A stretch of 64,000 nt of DNA, taken from assembly GCF_054482595.1 (NCBI RefSeq), contig NZ_CM137008.1, one strand, 5' to 3'. Shown here piece after piece: positions 42,501 to 53,107 of the stretch (the first letter of the stretch is position 1; each line of letters starts with the position of its first letter). The notes under the pieces are model-generated. The model searched no databases. It worked only from the letters and a program-made list of their open reading frames with translations, and was not told the DNA's origin. A program made the position numbers and the translations under genes.

Positions 42501-43092
42501 CATTAATACCATCACCACCGTTTACGCCATTACCGCCCAATATTCCTCCGGAATTATGCACTGTAATATTGCTACCGGTTACACCGGAACCACCTGTCCC
42601 ACCTACATCATCACCTCCGTATATACTTCTGTAATTATCAACTATAATATCATCCCCGCTTAACCCTGCACCTCCGCTACTTCCTGAGCCACCAAGACCA
42701 TTACCCCCATATACATTTCTGTAATTGTTTATAGATATTTTGTTGCCACTAACAGCAATTCCACCATTATATCCATCTCCTCCCCAAACACTACCATTAT
42801 TATTTAGCGTAAAGTTTTCACCGTAGACACCTGCACCACCGATTGATGTATTGCTTGTTCCTCCTTTGATGTTAATACTGCTTTCAACAGATAGTATATT
42901 TTGAGTATAACTTGTTTTATACGGCACGCTGATATTAAGCGCCGCGTTTCCATCAACACCTGTAATACTCCTGGTTATACTTTCAGGTATACCATTACCA
43001 TTCAGTTGTATTGTTTGCGCACCAGAAAAATGAGACTGCACAGAATAAAGTATACTGACCAGAAATTGTAAAATTCGTATATTCTTATTCAT
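39595..43092 (-). CDS. autotransporter adhesin (type Va), AIDA/pertactin-like Gly-rich passenger
   Basis: 1165 aa; signal peptide; repeated GG-x-G and NxS/T passenger repeats; C-terminal beta-barrel ending ...SAMLSVEYRF; AT-rich gene. Confidence 0.8.
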   Translation of the reverse strand: MNKNIRILQFLVSILYSVQSHFSGAQTIQLNGNGIPESITRSITGVDGNAALNISVPYKTSYTQNILSVESSINIKGGTSNTSIGGAGVYGENFTLNNNGSVWGGDGYNGGIAVSGNKISINNYRNVYGGNGLGGSGSSGGAGLSGDDIIVDNYRSIYGGDDVGGTGGSGVTGSNITVHNSGGILGGNGVNGGDGINGSNLFITNDNMISGGYGIKQGGDAISGNQITLNNNGIVQGGYGPDGGCSVYGEDIHINNHGNLSGLYNSQKDAYNTSIIFSGGYNSLDIYSDSVINGDIKLASIPVNGTNELIIKNINNATAINGGLMIGNGSSVYLSGKNSIFNGNISIDEDASMNLSVGNANVHANTITLKSDSWLNIDTSIKNWTQDYYTLLSSDTGISIADNSHIVQYNVLLTEGAESYVYTSLNDDDNKLISMLRWNNTKGMGYGTFNIEKDATLNIGVSLSDNLSPLLYDGWDGKSLTKSGNGTLILSATNNYTGNTEVKSGVLILAAPDALGRTEYLYLSRGAELDMNGYPQTISKLLTAAGSVLNIHGGSLILNNGGESAGTIAGDGSLNINGGMLDITGNNRNFSGVFTVNKGAHLAVSTADNLGTAFVDNYGTLTLNSTSAWQLTNNISGYGNVRKTGAGALNISDNAKWTGMTDIIQGTVILGNADSPVMLGSNQVIVEEQGKLSGFGGVAGNLSNSGIVDLTTYMPGNILTVGGNYTGRNGLILLQTETGGDNSKTDRLVIKGNASGRTRVAVTQAGGTGAETLNGIEVIHVSGNADNAEFIQTERITAGAYDYILKRGQGINSTNWYLISRKDIPVPQPEAVPESHDNNLRPEAGSYVASIAAANNLFVTNLYERQGQELYISHMTGEENEAGIWMYNKGKHNRWRDNSSQLRTRGNSYVVLIGGDIAQWSLNGTDRWHTGMMAGYGHNNNSTNALSTGYHSEGRMNGYTAGLYATWYANDETHNGSYLDSWLQYSWFDNHINGERLPAESWKSKGFTVSLEAGYSWKAGEFTDNYKGSHEWYVQPQLQVVRMNVKSDKYHESNGTSIENTGNGNILTRLGARTWLTSKNGKNTRYAVPFRPFVEAHWLHNSRVFGTSMNGVSIYQDGARDIGEINGGVVGMITPEVAFRADAGIQLGEHGYHNTSAMLSVEYRF

Positions 43093-43676
43093 ACTGTTTT
43101 TTCTTTAGTGATGCATTTTTTATCAACCATACAAGCACATTATTTCATTGATACTAATCACATCAGGATGAATGTTTTTTCTCAATAGAAATAAGTGTCT
43201 TTATTCCTTACCAATTTATTCTGGTTATTCCTCTTATCCAGACGTCTCGTGATACTCCCTGTATTTATTATAGAGTATATATATGTACTGCGTTTAAATC
43301 ATGAAGACGACAACCTGTTTTACATAAATTATTCCTAAGTATTTTTCCAGAGAAGACCTAGGTATAATGATGTGCACTGTCTGGTTTTCTTACAACTGAC
43401 TTAGCGATCTGCATATCCGTGATAACGCCTGAATAAATAGGACGAGAGAACTCTTAACCAAATAATCTAACACTTTTAATCGACAGGAATTAAAAACCCG
43501 GGGAGGTTAAAAAAACACAAAAAAATGGATGTTTATTCAACTCTGGTTACGTACCATGAGGACTGCATCCACAATGCACCGGCAATTAAATGGCTTTCAT
43601 TGATTGATTTTTTATATCTGTGATGATTTTTTGCTCCATTCCTCAAAAAATGGACGCAACTTCCCCTCTGCGGCTC

Positions 43677-44030
43677 TCAGCTGTATACCCGCTGTCGTGC
43701 CAGTGGCTCATGCATCATGACCAGCTCTGCCAGACGGTAGCCCCGCTTCAGCCCCGTAAACCGCATCTGACCTCCGCACAGGATGCACTTCAGCGGGTCA
43801 ACCTTCAGTAACCGCTGATACACCCTTCTCCGCCTGATTTGCATCGCCGTTTTTCTCTCCGTTTCTGTTATGACGTACACAACATTTTCCAGTAACCGGC
43901 GCTTCACCGGACTCAGGAACCCGTTGTCAACGCCACGATGTTTGACCGTTCTGGGGATGCGGACGATTTCCTGGACTGCTTTATCATTCCAGCCCGCATT
44001 GTTGGCGGTACATTTTGGGGCTGACTGCAC
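43677..44030 (-). pseudogene. transposase C-terminal fragment with Cys-x2-Cys zinc-ribbon-like motif (possibly IS91-like)
   Basis: ...KVDPLKCILCGGQMRFTGL...; family uncertain; overlaps the end of the adjacent IS3-family ORF. Confidence 0.3.
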
Positions 44031-45135
44031 CCGGCGATAATTTTATACGCCGCTCGTTATACCATCTGATGTAAGTATCCACTTGCTGCATGAACTTTTC
44101 TGGCGTGATGCCCGACCATTTACGCCCATGATACATTTCCGTTTTCAGTCTGCCGAAAAAGCCTTCGCATGCCGCATTATCAGGTGAACATCCTTTGCGG
44201 GACATTGAGCGAATAAGACCTTCTGCATTCACTCTTTCCAGCCAGCCTGACCAGCGATAATGCCCACCTCTGTCACTGTGTATCACCGGTCGTTCGCCAG
44301 CATTTAACGTTTCGACAGCGCTATCCAGCATAGTGTTGACCAGTTCAGCATCGGGGCGTGTACTGAGAGACCAGCTCACAACTTTTCCATCGAAGCAGTC
44401 CACCACCGATGATAGCCAGACTTTACCTGCAGGGAGGTGGAACTCCGTGATATCTGTCAGCCATTTCTGATTAGGTTGCTCCGCCTTAAAATCTCTGGCG
44501 ATAAGGTTATCCGGAGCCGGTCCGATTTCTCCGCAATATGAGCTGTAGCGGCGACGACGGTTACGGCTGACGACAAGCTGTTCTTCCACCATAAGTCTGC
44601 GTACAACCTTTTCTGATAGCCGCCCCCCCTCATGCCTGAGCATCGCATGCAGGCGACGATAGCCATAACACTGGTAATTACTGTTAAATATATCTGTCAG
44701 CATCGTACGTATCGTGGCGTATTTATCACCGGCTTTCAGTGCAGCCCGGTGATAAAAATAACTGCTACGGGCAAGGCCCAGAACATGCAGTAATTCTGTC
44801 AGGGGATATGTTTGTCTCTGGGCATCAGCGATCTTCGTTTTCTCTCTGTTGTTCAGGTGACTGATACTGATGCCCGGGTCTTTTTTTATGATTTCCTCCG
44901 CCTTTTTCAGAATATCCAGCTCCATCTGCCGGCGGCGTATTTCCTGATTCAGTCGGGCGACTTCCTCCCGCAACGCATCGCGTTCTGCCTCCAGGGAAGG
45001 TTCGTTATGTTTACGCATAGTCTGGTAAGCACTGTTGCCGATAATTTTATCTTTCCATTTATACAATACCGCACGACTGACACCAATACGCCTGGCGATT
45101 TCACTGGCTGATACTTGTCGTGTACAGAGTGCCAT
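43984..45135 (-). CDS. IS3-family transposase (single fused HTH + DDE ORF)
   Basis: 383 aa; N-terminal HTH and leucine-zipper-like region, DDE region ...HSDRGGHY...SPDNAACEGFFGRLKTE... Confidence 0.7.
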   Translation of the reverse strand: MALCTRQVSASEIARRIGVSRAVLYKWKDKIIGNSAYQTMRKHNEPSLEAERDALREEVARLNQEIRRRQMELDILKKAEEIIKKDPGISISHLNNREKTKIADAQRQTYPLTELLHVLGLARSSYFYHRAALKAGDKYATIRTMLTDIFNSNYQCYGYRRLHAMLRHEGGRLSEKVVRRLMVEEQLVVSRNRRRRYSSYCGEIGPAPDNLIARDFKAEQPNQKWLTDITEFHLPAGKVWLSSVVDCFDGKVVSWSLSTRPDAELVNTMLDSAVETLNAGERPVIHSDRGGHYRWSGWLERVNAEGLIRSMSRKGCSPDNAACEGFFGRLKTEMYHGRKWSGITPEKFMQQVDTYIRWYNERRIKLSPGAVSPKMYRQQCGLE

Positions 45136-45594
45136 GACAGCCTGACGTTTGACTTCTGGTTCAAAGGGCGCAACCGGGTTGGCCTTACTGGTAAATATAC
45201 GTCGTCTGTCGGGATAAAGGTAAGCGTAAACTGACCGCCGTATGTAGCCATCAGACGAGAATTGGTAACTTAGACGCCCATCTGATATAGACGGACATCT
45301 AAGTATGGAATTACAGGACTGGCGAAAAGAACCTCGTAAAAACTATTCGAATGAATTCAAACTTCGTATGGTGGAACTGGCATCACAACCTGGAGCTTGT
45401 GTTGCACAGATTGCACGTGAAAATGGCGTCAATGATAATGTTATTTTCAAATGGCTCAGGCTCTGGCAGAACGAAGGGCGTGTTTCGCGGCGTCTTCCGG
45501 TAACGACCTCTTCTGACACTGGCGTTGAATTATTACGGGTATACGGATTTAATGGTTGATGGGGCACCTTTACCCCACCAACCTGATACCATTA

Positions 45595-46872
45595 TCAGAT
45601 GGTTGATAGATCGACCCCGTAGTTGAGTTCCTCTGCGAAGTCCGGCAGTCCGTAACCGATGGTTTTCTTGTAGAACGGAGAGACCTTCGCGGTCGGGGCC
45701 TTCTTCTTGTGCTTCGTGGTGTAGAGCATTCGTGCCCGCATCACCTCGAAGGAGTAACCACGTCCTTCACGGTTCTTGTCCTTGGCCAGTCGGTTGATGG
45801 ACTCCGTGTAAGCGTTGGTGACGGGCATGTCCGTCTCGAAGTAGGTCATGATCTCTTCGCGCCAGTTGCCTACAGCCCTGACCAGATCGCTCCAGACTTC
45901 CTTCTGGCCCTTCGGGATGGTGGCTATCCACTCGTCCAGGGCGGCTTCTGCCTGGGGCCGTGTGGTAGCGTCCCAGATGCCGTAGAAACGTTCCTTGTGC
46001 TCGTAGGCGGCCAGCAGTTGTGGGAATGCGCCGGTCCAGGTCTCCATGATGAGGCGTTCCCGGTTTGAGACTTCGTGAGCGCGTTTCAGCAGGATTTTCC
46101 GGTCACCCTTGAGGGTTCGGCTCTGGGAGGGCATCAGCTCCTTCCTGAGGCCCTTGCGCACCTTCTCCAGGGCATCGTTGGCCATGCGCACCACATGGAA
46201 CTTATCGACCACGATGCGGGCCTGTGGCAGCACCGCCTTGACCGCTGCTCGGTAGGGATTCCACATGTCCATGCTGACGATCTTGACCTTCTGCCGGTCT
46301 TTCATCTTCATCAGGTAGTTGGTCACCACGTCCTGACGGCGGGTGGCCAGCAGGTCGAGCAGGGTCCTCTCCTCGATGTTGGTCAGGATGCAGCGGTAGC
46401 GCTTGTTCAGGTACAACTCGTCAATGCCGAGAATGCGGGGCGTCTCGAAGCGGTGCCAGCGCCCCAGGAATTCGGCGCGGGCGTTGAAAATGTCGCGTAC
46501 CGTCTTCTCGTCCAGGCCCGTGGTATCAGCCACGTAGGCGTAGGGGTGATTGAAGGCTTCCTTCTCCACGTACTCATGCAACCGCAGCGTCATGCGGAAG
46601 CCGTCCACCATCTCCGGTAGCTGGGGCCTGAAGGTGGTCTTGCAGGCCCGGCAGGTGTACCGGCGACGAACTACCCAGAGGGTGACCCGCTTGCCGTGGA
46701 TGGGCAGGTCACGATAGGGAACATCACGCTTGCCGAACCGCACGAACTCACCCTGCACGCAGCACCCCTCGCAGGCTACTGGTGTAGGTGCTTCAAGCCG
46801 AAAATGTATGTCTTCATTCTGCTCATCAGAATCCACCAACTGGTAACCAGGAAGGCTTAACGAATTAATCAT
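45595..46872 (-). CDS. ISL3-family transposase
   Basis: 425-aa ORF; N-terminal Cys cluster (CEGCC...CRAC) and DDE-type core; family by recollection. Confidence 0.7.
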   Translation of the reverse strand: MINSLSLPGYQLVDSDEQNEDIHFRLEAPTPVACEGCCVQGEFVRFGKRDVPYRDLPIHGKRVTLWVVRRRYTCRACKTTFRPQLPEMVDGFRMTLRLHEYVEKEAFNHPYAYVADTTGLDEKTVRDIFNARAEFLGRWHRFETPRILGIDELYLNKRYRCILTNIEERTLLDLLATRRQDVVTNYLMKMKDRQKVKIVSMDMWNPYRAAVKAVLPQARIVVDKFHVVRMANDALEKVRKGLRKELMPSQSRTLKGDRKILLKRAHEVSNRERLIMETWTGAFPQLLAAYEHKERFYGIWDATTRPQAEAALDEWIATIPKGQKEVWSDLVRAVGNWREEIMTYFETDMPVTNAYTESINRLAKDKNREGRGYSFEVMRARMLYTTKHKKKAPTAKVSPFYKKTIGYGLPDFAEELNYGVDLSTI

Positions 46873-46884
46873 CTCCCGCCTTGA

Positions 46885-47919
46885 TCAGAAAAACAGGTAG
46901 GTGGCGTAACCGGCAATCATCGCCATAGCAAAAATGACTGCTAAAAACGCCGCTAAAAGCTTCAGCGTGAACAAAGAGCGCAACAGAATGAGCTCAGTCA
47001 GGCTGGCTCCGGCACTGCCGATGATCAACGCAAGCACCGTCCCGGCACCCACGCCTTTGGCCATCAGAGCCGCTGCCAGAGGTATGACGGCTTCAGCGCG
47101 AATATACAACGGCACGCCGATGACAGCGGCAACTGGAATGGCAAAGGGATTATCTGGGCCTGCATACTGCTCCAATAAGTCAGTGGGCATGAAACCATAG
47201 ATCACGCTGCCAATCGCAATAGCGATGAGCAGGTAAGGCAACACATCGATAAAGTCCGACCAAGCTTCCCGCCACACACCATTGTACTTCCCTTCTTTCT
47301 TAACCGTGACAGTGGGTTGACTGTCACAGCATTCGCTAGACGTAGAGACTGTTGTCTTCCTATCAGCCCCGCAAGAAGCCGTCTTCGGAGTGGTGTCGCA
47401 GCTGTTGGTGCCGCAACTCGATGCGGTCGATGTAGCACTGCACGGGCTTGCTGATGAACTACATCCACTGCTCTCTTGTGTCGCCGTCCGGCGCACATAA
47501 CGCTCGAAGCCAAGCGTGTGAAGCAGCCATCCGGCACCTACCGCGACCACCAAAGCGGCGAGCACATAGATAGCAGTAAGTGTCCATCCAAACGTGGCAA
47601 CCAGCAGGCCGACGACGATAGGATTCAGCAACGGAGATGTGAAAAGAAACACCATCATCGGCCCAAAACCGGCCCGTGCCTGAATCAACCCTTTCAACAT
47701 GGGGATAGTCGAGCAACTACAGAAGGGCGTTATAGCTCCTAAACCAGCAGCAAGAAAATAGCCTCGCTTCCCACTGGAAGTCAGTAACGCTTCCACCTTG
47801 GATGGTGGGATGTGACGTTGAAGAACTCCGACCAGCAAGCTAATGCCAATGAATAAAACCGATAGCTCGATAGCGAGAAAGGCGAACATGCCTAGAGCGT
47901 CTTGGAGTTGAGGTGACAT
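46885..47919 (-). CDS. ArsP-like / DUF318-type permease with Cys/Ser/Thr-rich central loop
   Basis: 344-aa polytopic membrane protein with a low-complexity Cys-rich loop (...SSGCSSSASPCSATSTASSCGTNSCD...). Confidence 0.5.
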   Translation of the reverse strand: MSPQLQDALGMFAFLAIELSVLFIGISLLVGVLQRHIPPSKVEALLTSSGKRGYFLAAGLGAITPFCSCSTIPMLKGLIQARAGFGPMMVFLFTSPLLNPIVVGLLVATFGWTLTAIYVLAALVVAVGAGWLLHTLGFERYVRRTATQESSGCSSSASPCSATSTASSCGTNSCDTTPKTASCGADRKTTVSTSSECCDSQPTVTVKKEGKYNGVWREAWSDFIDVLPYLLIAIAIGSVIYGFMPTDLLEQYAGPDNPFAIPVAAVIGVPLYIRAEAVIPLAAALMAKGVGAGTVLALIIGSAGASLTELILLRSLFTLKLLAAFLAVIFAMAMIAGYATYLFF

Positions 47920-48018
47920 TCAATATTACTCCTATATTTCTAGTTTTATCGAAATGATGTACGCAGTCTACTTGCGTTTATCCGACCTGTCAACTATAAT
48001 TCTAGAAACATCGAATTA

Positions 48019-48345
48019 TTGGGGCGTGCTATGGATCACGAAAAGGTTGCAGCCAGCTTAGCTGAGCTAGGGAATAGTCACCGACTGTCCGTGTTCCGCT
48101 TTCTGGTCAAAGCTGGCCATGATGGGGCTTCGGTCGGAGATATCCAGAAGGGGCTGGGTATTCCTGCTTCGACGCTATCACATCACCTTGCGCGCATGGC
48201 CAAGGTAGGGCTGATCCGGCAGGAGAAACATAGCCGCACGATTGTCTGTATACCCGAGTATGGGCACCTAGAGAATTTGATCGGTTTCTTACAAGAGGAA
48301 TGTTGTGCAGGTGTCCGGATTGCGCATGAACCAGAACCGCTTTGA
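48019..48345 (+). CDS. ArsR/SmtB-family metalloregulator
   Basis: 108 aa; HTH ...VGDIQKGLGIPASTLSHHLARMAKVGLIRQEK...; divergent from the permease gene. Confidence 0.7.
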   Translation: MGRAMDHEKVAASLAELGNSHRLSVFRFLVKAGHDGASVGDIQKGLGIPASTLSHHLARMAKVGLIRQEKHSRTIVCIPEYGHLENLIGFLQEECCAGVRIAHEPEPL

Positions 48346-48719
48346 CGCTTGCCCAGCTCTCGCTGTCCTCCCTAGTCAGCATCGCTATGAAGACTCAGGC
48401 GAAGGTGGAAACAGAAAATTGGCAGTAGAGTAGGCTGAAGAGGATCAATCAGATAATCCGCTGAGAAAGATTTTCTTCTTTACATCTTTGACATTTTATC
48501 AACCAGAAATTCCGGATACCCATTATTACCTGTAGAAATAACGCCGGATGAGCAGAAAGAACCTGTGGCGGCCATTGCGCCGTCTTTATCCACTTCCACT
48601 CAGACCAGAGTCAGTGCCAGTTCCTGCAAGGTGGAATTCCGTCACGGTAACATGACGCTGGAAAATCCATCGCCAGAGCTGCTCACGGTGTTGATCCGTG
48701 AACTGACCGGGAGGGGAAG

Positions 48720-49070
48720 ATGATCTCACTCCCATCAGGTACCCGTATCTGGCTCGTTGCCGGCGTTACCGATATGCGTAAATCCTTCAACGGACTGGGA
48801 GAACAGGTACAACATGTGCTGAATGATAATCCCTTCTCCGGTCACCTGTTTATCTTCCGTGGCCGACGGGGTGACACCGTTAAAATTCTTTGGGCTGATG
48901 CTGATGGTCTGTGCCTGTTCACCAAACGCCTGGAGGAAGGCCAGTTTATCTGGCCTGCGGTACGTGACGGCAAGGTATCCATTACCCGCTCGCAACTGGC
49001 AATGCTCCTCGATAAGCTGGACTGGCGTCAGCCAAAAACATTCCGCCTTAACGCACTGACAATGTTGTAA
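48720..49070 (+). CDS. IS66-family TnpB (orf2)
   Basis: 116 aa; MISLPSGTRIWLVAGVTDMRKSFNGLGEQVQHVLNDNPFSGHLFIFRGRRGD...; start overlaps tnpA stop (ATGA). Confidence 0.85.
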   Translation: MISLPSGTRIWLVAGVTDMRKSFNGLGEQVQHVLNDNPFSGHLFIFRGRRGDTVKILWADADGLCLFTKRLEEGQFIWPAVRDGKVSITRSQLAMLLDKLDWRQPKTFRLNALTML

Positions 49071-49100
49071 AAAACGCCTGGCCGCATTATAAAAACGGCC

Positions 49101-50486
49101 ATGAGTCAGAAATACCTCATTCGCATTGCAGAACTGGAAAGCCAGCTCCGTCAGAAAGACCAGCAACTGAGTCTGGTTGAAGAGACGGAGGCCTTCCTGC
49201 GCTCTGCACTGGCACGTGCCGAAGAAAAGATCGAAGAAGATGAACGGGAAATAGAACATCTGCGGGCTCAGATAGAAAAACTGCACCGGATGCTGTTCGG
49301 TACCCGTTCTGAAAAACTGCGTCGTGAAGTTGAACTGGCTGAGGCTCTGCTGAAACAACGTGAACAGGACAGCGATCGTTACAGTGGGCGGGAAGACGAT
49401 CCTCAGGTTCCCCGCCAGTTGCGACAGTCGCGCCATCGTCGTCCGTTACCGGCACACCTTCCCCGTGAAATACACCGCCTGGAGCCAGAAGAAAGCTGTT
49501 GCCCGGAGTGTGGCGGTGAGCTGGATTATCTGGGGGAAGTCAGCGCTGAACAGCTGGAACTGGTGAGCAGTGCCCTGAAAGTGATCCGCACAGAACGGGT
49601 AAAAAAAGCCTGTACAAAATGTGACTGTATTGTTGAAGCACCGGCGCCGTCCCGCCCGATAGAGCGTGGTATCGCGGGCCCCGGATTACTTGCCCGCGTG
49701 TTAACGGGAAAATACTGCGAACATCTGCCACTGTATCGTCAGAGTGAAATCTTTGCCCGCCAGGGTGTCGAACTGAGCCGGGCCTTACTCTCCAACTGGG
49801 TTGACGCGTGCTGCCAGTTAATGACACCGGTGAATGATGCCCTGTACCGTTATGTAATGAATACCCGCAAGGTTCACACTGATGACACACCGGTAAAGGT
49901 ACTGGCACCGGGTCAGAAAAAGGCGAAAACAGGGTGTATCTGGACGTATGTCCGGGATGATCGCAATGTGGGTTCGTCATCTCCTCCAGCGGTCTGGTTC
50001 GCGTACTCGCCGAACCGGCAGGGGAAACACCCGGAGCAACACCTTCGCCCCTTCCGGGGTATCCTGCAGGCGGATGCGTTCACAGGTTACGACAGGTTGT
50101 TCAGTGCAGAACGTGAAGGTGGTGCACTGACAGAAGTTGCGTGCTGGGCCCATGCCCGGCGAAAAATCCACGATGTATACATCAGCAGCAAAAGTGCGAC
50201 GGCAGAAGAAGCCCTGAAGCGAATCAGTGAACTGTACGCCATCGAGGATGAAATACGGGGGTTACCAGAGTCAGAGCGTCTTGCAGCCAGGCAGCAGCGA
50301 AGCAAAGCGTTACTGACGTCGCTGCATGAATGGATGGTGGAGAAGAATGGCACGCTGTCGAAAAAATCCAGACTGGGCGAAGCGTTCAGCTATGTACTGA
50401 ATCAGTGGGACGCCCTCTGTTATTACAGTGATGATGGTTTGGCAGAAGCGGACAATAACACAGCTCAAAAAAGATTTCGTTCGTGA
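49101..50486 (+). CDS. IS66-family transposase TnpC (orf3), C-terminally truncated
   Basis: 461 aa with leucine-zipper-like N-terminus, CPECGG zinc motif and DDE core; ends ...ADNNTAQKRFRS, short of the usual length. Confidence 0.8.
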   Translation: MSQKYLIRIAELESQLRQKDQQLSLVEETEAFLRSALARAEEKIEEDEREIEHLRAQIEKLHRMLFGTRSEKLRREVELAEALLKQREQDSDRYSGREDDPQVPRQLRQSRHRRPLPAHLPREIHRLEPEESCCPECGGELDYLGEVSAEQLELVSSALKVIRTERVKKACTKCDCIVEAPAPSRPIERGIAGPGLLARVLTGKYCEHLPLYRQSEIFARQGVELSRALLSNWVDACCQLMTPVNDALYRYVMNTRKVHTDDTPVKVLAPGQKKAKTGCIWTYVRDDRNVGSSSPPAVWFAYSPNRQGKHPEQHLRPFRGILQADAFTGYDRLFSAEREGGALTEVACWAHARRKIHDVYISSKSATAEEALKRISELYAIEDEIRGLPESERLAARQQRSKALLTSLHEWMVEKNGTLSKKSRLGEAFSYVLNQWDALCYYSDDGLAEADNNTAQKRFRS

Positions 50487-50597
50487 GGTCATGATGCAGT
50501 AAGCTTCATTTCGCGCACAGCCATCCCCCTGAAATCTGGCTGACTGTTATTTCGCAACAGTTATTGAGTAAATCTTTAACCTGTTAACAGAGGGTTT

Positions 50598-51122
50598 ATG
50601 AAACGTAAACTTATTGCCTTTGTGATTCTGGCTACATCATCCTGTGGATATGCAGCCACCAAAGATGTAACAATGAATCTTGTTGATAGTGACGGAAAAG
50701 AGCGAAATATTGGTAAAATAACCATCCAGAAGACACCCTACGGGCTGCTGTTCACCCCTGATCTTCACTCCTTACCCGCCGGCATTCATGGTTTTCATGT
50801 ACATGAAAACGCAAGTTGTGCTCCTGCCCTGAAAGATGGAAAAACTGTCGCTGCTTTATCTGCAGGTGGTCACTTTGACCCGGAAAAAACAGGGAAGCAT
50901 CTCGGTCCATGGTCTCCTGATGGCCACCTAGGTGATCTCCCTGCGCTTTATGTCACTCATGACGGAAAAGCAACCTACCCGGTGCTTGCGCCAAGACTAT
51001 CTGAATTAAAGGAGCTCGATGGCCGTTCGCTAATGCTCCACGCAGGAGGTGATAATCATGATGACCATCCTGAACCTCTAGGTGGCGGTGGTGCAAGAAT
51101 TGCCTGTGGTATCATCCCATAA
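50598..51122 (+). CDS. sodC: periplasmic Cu,Zn superoxide dismutase
   Basis: 174 aa with signal peptide; [10 protein letters not shown]...[17 protein letters not shown]...[11 protein letters not shown]...[12 protein letters not shown] matches the SodC metal-ligand pattern; diverged from chromosomal E. coli SodC as I recall it. Confidence 0.9.
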   Translation: MKRKLIAFVILATSSCGYAATKDVTMNLVDSDGKERNIGKITIQKTPYGLLFTPDLHSLPAGIHGFHVHENASCAPALKDGKTVAALSAGGHFDPEKTGKHLGPWSPDGHLGDLPALYVTHDGKATYPVLAPRLSELKELDGRSLMLHAGGDNHDDHPEPLGGGGARIACGIIP

Positions 51123-52412
51123 TCAATCAGGTAAGGGATATCCTCCCTTACCCTTAATCTTCCCTGGCTGCATGTGCATATCTTTCAGTTACTGTGAGAT
51201 ACCTGTATTACGGTGTCTTTTTAGCTCACAGAAATATCAGACAGCCCGTTTCAGTGTTTTATTACCTTAATCTTTTTACGGCATTCTTCAGCTCTTGCGC
51301 ATGCTATTTTTTCACCTGTTTCATAACATTGCTGGCAGCCTAATCCAAATTTCATCGCCATATCATAACCTTCCCGAAAACCTCGGAACCACGCGTTACG
51401 AAGGTATTCATCATATTCCCCGCAGTCAATAATAACCATTTTATTTTCATGGGATTTTCCGGTATTCTCACTCATTTTCGATACCTCAATGCTTACAACA
51501 GAAAAGTATACTTTTACGAAGTTCGCCTTTGCAGGACTATATAAAGTTATCACTGGATGCAAGAGCCGGAAATCCTGTATATCAGGATCAACTTTGTAAT
51601 TCAATAACATATTATCCAGTGAAAAATTAAGTATATTTAAGCTGGGGAAGGAGAAGGGGGACTTGATTTGATAGTTTCATCAATAATATTATTTTACCTC
51701 CTCCATTATTCATTCAGGCCTGGTTCCGGGCGTAATTCCGATTTCTCTGTTGAAGCGATGCATTTATATTTAAATATTCACCTGTCATTGAATTTTATTT
51801 GAAATAGGAGAAAATCTCCTCCTGTACTACAGATAACCCGGAATGTTCCTCGAAAGAAAATTCTGGCGCAGAATTCACGCCCGGTTCTGTTCAACATCAT
51901 GCAGGATAACGATACCGAAACGTTAAACTCTGGCAATTCTCGTGTTATACACAGGCAGGAGTGATTACTACGGTAAGAATTGCTGAAAAGGGGAGAACAC
52001 TGAAGGCCTTATTCGCGAAGAATAAAGGAGACATTTCATGTAAATTATTATCAGAGATAACCTTCTCCAGGCGCTTTTGTTCGCTTCCTGAATTGCTACC
52101 TGATACATATTTACGGGATGCCAGCCTAGCGACTATAACTCCGAAAAGACCGATTATTGTATTGCGTGCATCCGGCATGTTTACAATGTACGCTGGTATC
52201 TAACGGAGTCTGACACAGATGCACGCAGGTGTGTATTTTAACGTAATTATCCGGAAAGAACAGTATATTTTAATGCGGGAGTTGCATGAGCGGTATACGG
52301 GAGAAACTATCAGACCATGGGAGCTACAGAGGTGCTTAAGTCTCGTAACATTATAATCTGCTCACCTGACTGGTGCTATTCTCACCTCAACACCAATGCA
52401 CAAATAGCCTAG

Positions 52413-53107
<695 letters not shown>

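Larger units (their letters stand above)
45537..48521 (-). mobile_element. ISL3-family element (2985 bp) carrying passenger genes, flanked by 8-bp target-site duplication
   Basis: Imperfect terminal IRs GGGTATACGGATTTAATGGTTGATGG / GGGTATCCGGAATTTCTGGTTGATAA (20 of 26 match); perfect direct repeat ATTATTAC at 45529-45536 and 48522-48529. Confidence 0.8.
45230..50486 (+). mobile_element. IS66-family element, tnpA interrupted by a nested ISL3-family element and 3' end truncated
   Basis: GTAAGCG... terminal sequence at 45230; tnpA 45305-45536 resumes at 48530-48719 and reads seamlessly when the insert plus one TSD copy are removed (...TGVELLPVEITPDEQ...); tnpB 48720-49070; tnpC 49101-50486 ends early. 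Confidence 0.75.

Noticed and set aside
39627-42663. Multiple + strand ORFs (up to 217 aa) inside the first autotransporter gene, and similar ones at 57505-58620 inside the second
   Set aside because: They are antisense to long, motif-supported autotransporter frames; translations are low-complexity (C/S/T/I-rich) with no start-site support.
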